From a virus (lineage: Duplodnaviria; Caudoviricetes): a DNA stretch of 64,000 bases. A program made the position numbers and the translations under genes. Shown in pieces: positions 60,983 to 64,000 of this stretch. The stretch lies in the IMG/VR virus record IMGVR_UViG_3300021255_002694; one strand, given 5' to 3'. The notes beneath the pieces are model-generated. The model was not told the DNA's origin, searched no databases, and worked only from the letters and a program-made list of their open reading frames with translations. Positions within the stretch are counted from its first letter, which is position 1. Every line of letters begins with the position of its first letter.

Positions 60983-61942
60983 GCTTTTCCTCACTTCACG
61001 GGGGTTATCCTACTGCCGCAACCTTGACTACAAGTTCAATGCACTTTTCCACACTGCATGTGGGTTATCCTATTAAGTTGCAAGTCAAGGAATTGAATTA
61101 CGTCTTTTTCCAACACACGGTGGTTATCCACCATGAGAACGATCCTGCGATACAGCGGTTGACTTTTCAAACGCACACGATGTGGGGGGGGGTATCCAAA
61201 ATCATGCACTGATCGAGTCAAACGGACATACCTTTTCCAACGCACACATGGGGGTTATCCTGGCTACCCTGTAAAATTACACTACTTTCAAATCTTTTCC
61301 CCATACATAGGGGGTTATCCTCTGCCAGTCGTGTCGTTTTCATACTCGTTTCAGTCTTTTCCATACATATTGGGGTTATCCAAAGTATTTATTGCTGTTG
61401 ACAAAAGAGCAAATCTTTTTCCACTTATATGGTGGTTATCCTGCCGAAGCTGGCAATGCACTAGGAAAAGGTCACTTTTCCCATTACACTGGGGTTATCC
61501 GTTGTCATTGTGATCTCTTGACCAAATCTATACTTTCCCATACACACATGGGTTATCCTGACATTACAGATAAGACAATGATTACTGCAATCTTTTTCTC
61601 ACACATACGAGTGGGGGTTATCCTGAAAGAATGGATATAAATGGGCAGAACGACAGTCCCACCCCCCCCAATACACATTGGGGGAGGGGGCTTATCCATT
61701 GTTTACTGATAGCGCAGTTTGAACTAATGACTTTTCACGTATACATGTGGGAGTTATCCTTCATTACAAAGTTCGTATGAGTTTGACTTAAACTTTTCCA
61801 CACACATAGGGGTGGTTATCCTCGATATTCGGTTTAGATATCAACCGATCAAGCATTTTCCCCATATACACGGGGGTTATCCGGAGATTGCCGATATTTA
61901 CATTGAAGCAACAAACTTTTCCCAATCACACAGGGGTTATAA
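60983..61942 (+). CRISPR. type I-E CRISPR array 2: 16 degenerate repeats, 15 spacers
   Basis: CTTTT(T)CC...GG(T)TATCC units at about 60-bp period, starting immediately after the cas3 stop; every repeat differs. Confidence 0.9.
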
Positions 61943-61976
61943 TTATTACAATTTGGTTACAGATGTAAATAGACCA

Positions 61977-62005
61977 TTGACTTTTTATCCGTGCTGTGTT
62001 ATAAT
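61977..62005 (+). promoter_or_regulatory. sigmaA promoter
   Basis: TTGACT-17-TATAAT with TGTG extension. Confidence 0.82.
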
Positions 62006-62011
62006 ATGATC

Positions 62012-62262
62012 ATAGGTTAAGCGTGTAAATGTTCATTATATGCAACATACTTTTCTTTATAGTGAATAAAAGTCATGAACATTTACTATGTGTTGCAAAA
62101 TAGCTTGACCGTTTCTTTGTTGATAAGCGTTACTGGTACTTTATGTGACATACTTTTAATAGTCTTTTTTGGAAGAGATAACAGTCTGTATCAGTATATT
62201 CGTCACAAAGTAGCTTATCAATACACAGAGCGGTTTGACAGATCATCAAGCCGCTCTATATT
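62012..62262 (+). ncRNA. putative structured RNA / long structured 5' leader
   Basis: Several complementary pairs: 62025-36/62075-86, 62120-28/62213-21, 62227-38/62246-57 and others. Confidence 0.5.
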
Positions 62263-62283
62263 TATGTTTGGAGGTATTAAAAA

Positions 62284-64000
62284 ATGAAAATATCGTTGAA
62301 CAATTTGCTTTTATCAGAACTCCGTGCATTTCCTGTAACCATGATTCCAGATAATGACGTTACAGATTCAACTCTAACAGCCGCGATTACTGCAAATGAA
62401 GAATTACTTAATCTAGGCTATACTTTATCAGCAGAAGATGTTGTTAATCTTGCAAAGTGTGGTGAACTGTATTCATTTGTAGAGATGTTCAAAGATGCTC
62501 TCTCGGATGTAAAAGCAAAACCAATGTATCCAAATTTCCCGAATCAAGTTATGGATATGGATGAAGCAACATTCAGATTTCATCAGATGATGCATTATTT
62601 TTCAACATATGGTGCAGAACTGTTTTTCGGTCTAAATGTATCTAAAGGATGGCTACCGAATGTAGAAGATACTCCTAAGATCAATGATGATAATACTTTG
62701 CTAAAAGCAAAGGTAATTACTCTTATTGATTCATATGACATTCCAGAATACGTTTATTCAAGAATTATGTCTAAATGCGAGAGATTGACAGATAAGGATC
62801 AGATGCTCCTTGACTATGTTCTTCCGAACATTGATGCAAGCACTATAAAGAGTGTTCAAATTCCGTTTAAGGAAAATATCATGCCTGTATTTTACAGTAT
62901 TGTCAATTCAACTGCAATTTCGCAAGAAGATAAACTTTGTTTTCTTAACTGTATTTGCAAGCATACCGGAGATGTTTTCAAGTGCATTGATTACACTCTT
63001 ACAAGATGCAAGTATCATTTCAAGACTTCTCAAAAAAGACTTTTCACAAAGTTGCTTGAAACATACAGTAACAGTGACTTTGAGGAAAATATAATTATCT
63101 CAGACAAGCGATCAAACAGAACAGAACTCTTGCTTAGATATATTGACTTTAACACATATTCACGTATTCCTGTATTCAAAACTATTGTCAATGAACTTCG
63201 ATCTGGTGAACTGCACTCTTGGATGTCTAAGGTCGAAGCAAAGTTGAAAACAAGAGATGTTGATGCTCTTAAGATGCTATCGAAAAGACCTGGCATCATG
63301 CTTAGAATGTTGACAAGACTTTTAAGACTCGGTTACAATCCTACAGATATTCTTGTATATCTGTATCCACATGCACCAGAACTTAGAACGCAGACACTTG
63401 TATCTATTCTAAACGCATTCAATGCTAAATTGGATGATCTTGAAAATAGTGATCAAAGTGAACTTAGTAGAGCAACAAGATCAGAGGTACAAAATGTGAT
63501 TACAATTTGTGCTGGATTACTTAGAGATAATCTTCACTCCAAAGATTCTCCGTTCAAAGGCAAAAGAGTTTATATTGATCACGGAGAGTACAATTTTGCA
63601 CGATCTATCATTGAAACAAACGGCAAATCTGATGAGGGCGGATATGTAAGATCAGGACTTTCATATAATATTCCAGATAATGTCAGTAGACTTAGATTCT
63701 TTGTTTACTGGAATCACAAGTATCGTGCAGATGTTGATTTGCACTCAAGACTTGTAGACTTCTGTGGCTGCACACAGGATATTGGATGGAATGCTAGTTT
63801 TAAAGAACCTGTTGCTGTATTTAGTGGAGACATTACACATTCAGATGCCGCAGAATATATTGACATTGATCTCGATGCAGCTAGAAATAACAATATCGAG
63901 TATGCAACAACATCAATTAAACTATATTCATCTGAGGATATAACAAACGGTCTTGGTGATCTTGATGAGTGTTATGTTGGATGCATGGCTGTTTCATCGC
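62284..64000 (+). CDS. large protein with C-terminal TerD-like domain (partial, runs off the window)
   Basis: GGAGGT RBS; KPMYPNFPNQVM..FHQMMHYFSTYG, KRPGIMLR.L.RLLR, RFFVYWN...DVDLHS, FSGDITHSDAAEYIDIDL; no stop seen before 64000. Confidence 0.75.
   Translation, partial: MKISLNNLLLSELRAFPVTMIPDNDVTDSTLTAAITANEELLNLGYTLSAEDVVNLAKCGELYSFVEMFKDALSDVKAKPMYPNFPNQVMDMDEATFRFHQMMHYFSTYGAELFFGLNVSKGWLPNVEDTPKINDDNTLLKAKVITLIDSYDIPEYVYSRIMSKCERLTDKDQMLLDYVLPNIDASTIKSVQIPFKENIMPVFYSIVNSTAISQEDKLCFLNCICKHTGDVFKCIDYTLTRCKYHFKTSQKRLFTKLLETYSNSDFEENIIISDKRSNRTELLLRYIDFNTYSRIPVFKTIVNELRSGELHSWMSKVEAKLKTRDVDALKMLSKRPGIMLRMLTRLLRLGYNPTDILVYLYPHAPELRTQTLVSILNAFNAKLDDLENSDQSELSRATRSEVQNVITICAGLLRDNLHSKDSPFKGKRVYIDHGEYNFARSIIETNGKSDEGGYVRSGLSYNIPDNVSRLRFFVYWNHKYRADVDLHSRLVDFCGCTQDIGWNASFKEPVAVFSGDITHSDAAEYIDIDLDAARNNNIEYATTSIKLYSSEDITNGLGDLDECYVGCMAVSS

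Noticed and set aside
62075-62287. 70-aa ORF upstream of the TerD-like gene
   Set aside because: No RBS, and it overlaps a region better explained by RNA secondary structure. Not fully excluded.
154-63299. Minus-strand ORFs and short alternative-frame + ORFs in the track
   Set aside because: They lie opposite or inside well-supported + genes, lack RBSs and have shadow-ORF composition.
1-64000. Alternative genetic code (stop-codon reassignment), as in some gut jumbo phages
   Set aside because: Code 11 gives dense, full-length genes with intact motifs. TAA, TGA and occasionally TAG (e.g. 46548-46550) all act as stops followed by RBSs.
1-64000. Apparent abundance of CCGG/TCCGGA and GATC in an AT-rich sequence
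   Set aside because: Could reflect methylation-protected sites, but may simply be codon usage. It cannot be supported without a k-mer observed/expected calculation.
1-64000. tRNA, rRNA, IS elements, reverse transcriptase/DGR
   Set aside because: No cloverleaf/T-loop signature, transposase, RT motif or template/variable repeat pair was recognised by eye.

Overview
AT-rich, densely coding window with essentially every real gene on the + strand. It reads as a segment of a large (jumbo-type) tailed phage, probably of a Bacillota host (inferred from GAGGTG/AAGGAG RBSs, perfect sigmaA promoters, DUF4314/DUF1653 genes and a Firmicutes-style I-E repeat). Content in order: PhoH and a two-AAA+ Clp ATPase; a Lar-led operon of ten tandem orphan DNA methyltransferases of three classes, all ending in the same C-terminal tripeptide [K/R]-L-F; nucleotide-metabolism genes (HAD nucleotidase, dCTP deaminase, ThyX-like); long runs of small early hypothetical genes behind a TTGACA-N17-TATACT(ATATTTACA) promoter; interspersed cassettes of acidic proteins with basic-[LIV]xE[SAG] motifs, each behind a conserved A-tract/ACTATA/hairpin/GAAAGG leader (candidate late-expressed internal head proteins); and a phage-borne defence island. 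The island holds an intein-interrupted EcoRI-family MTase, a DUF262-HNH nuclease and a type I-E CRISPR-Cas locus with a Cas2-Cas3 fusion, no cas1 in the locus, one array inside the operon and a second leaderless array of degenerate repeats. A highly structured non-coding leader precedes a TerD-like gene running off the window end. The strongest candidates for undescribed biology are the KLF-tagged methyltransferase battery, the I-E Cas2-3 CRISPR system and the hairpin-gated acidic-protein cassettes. All family calls come from recognising motifs by eye; no searches were run.
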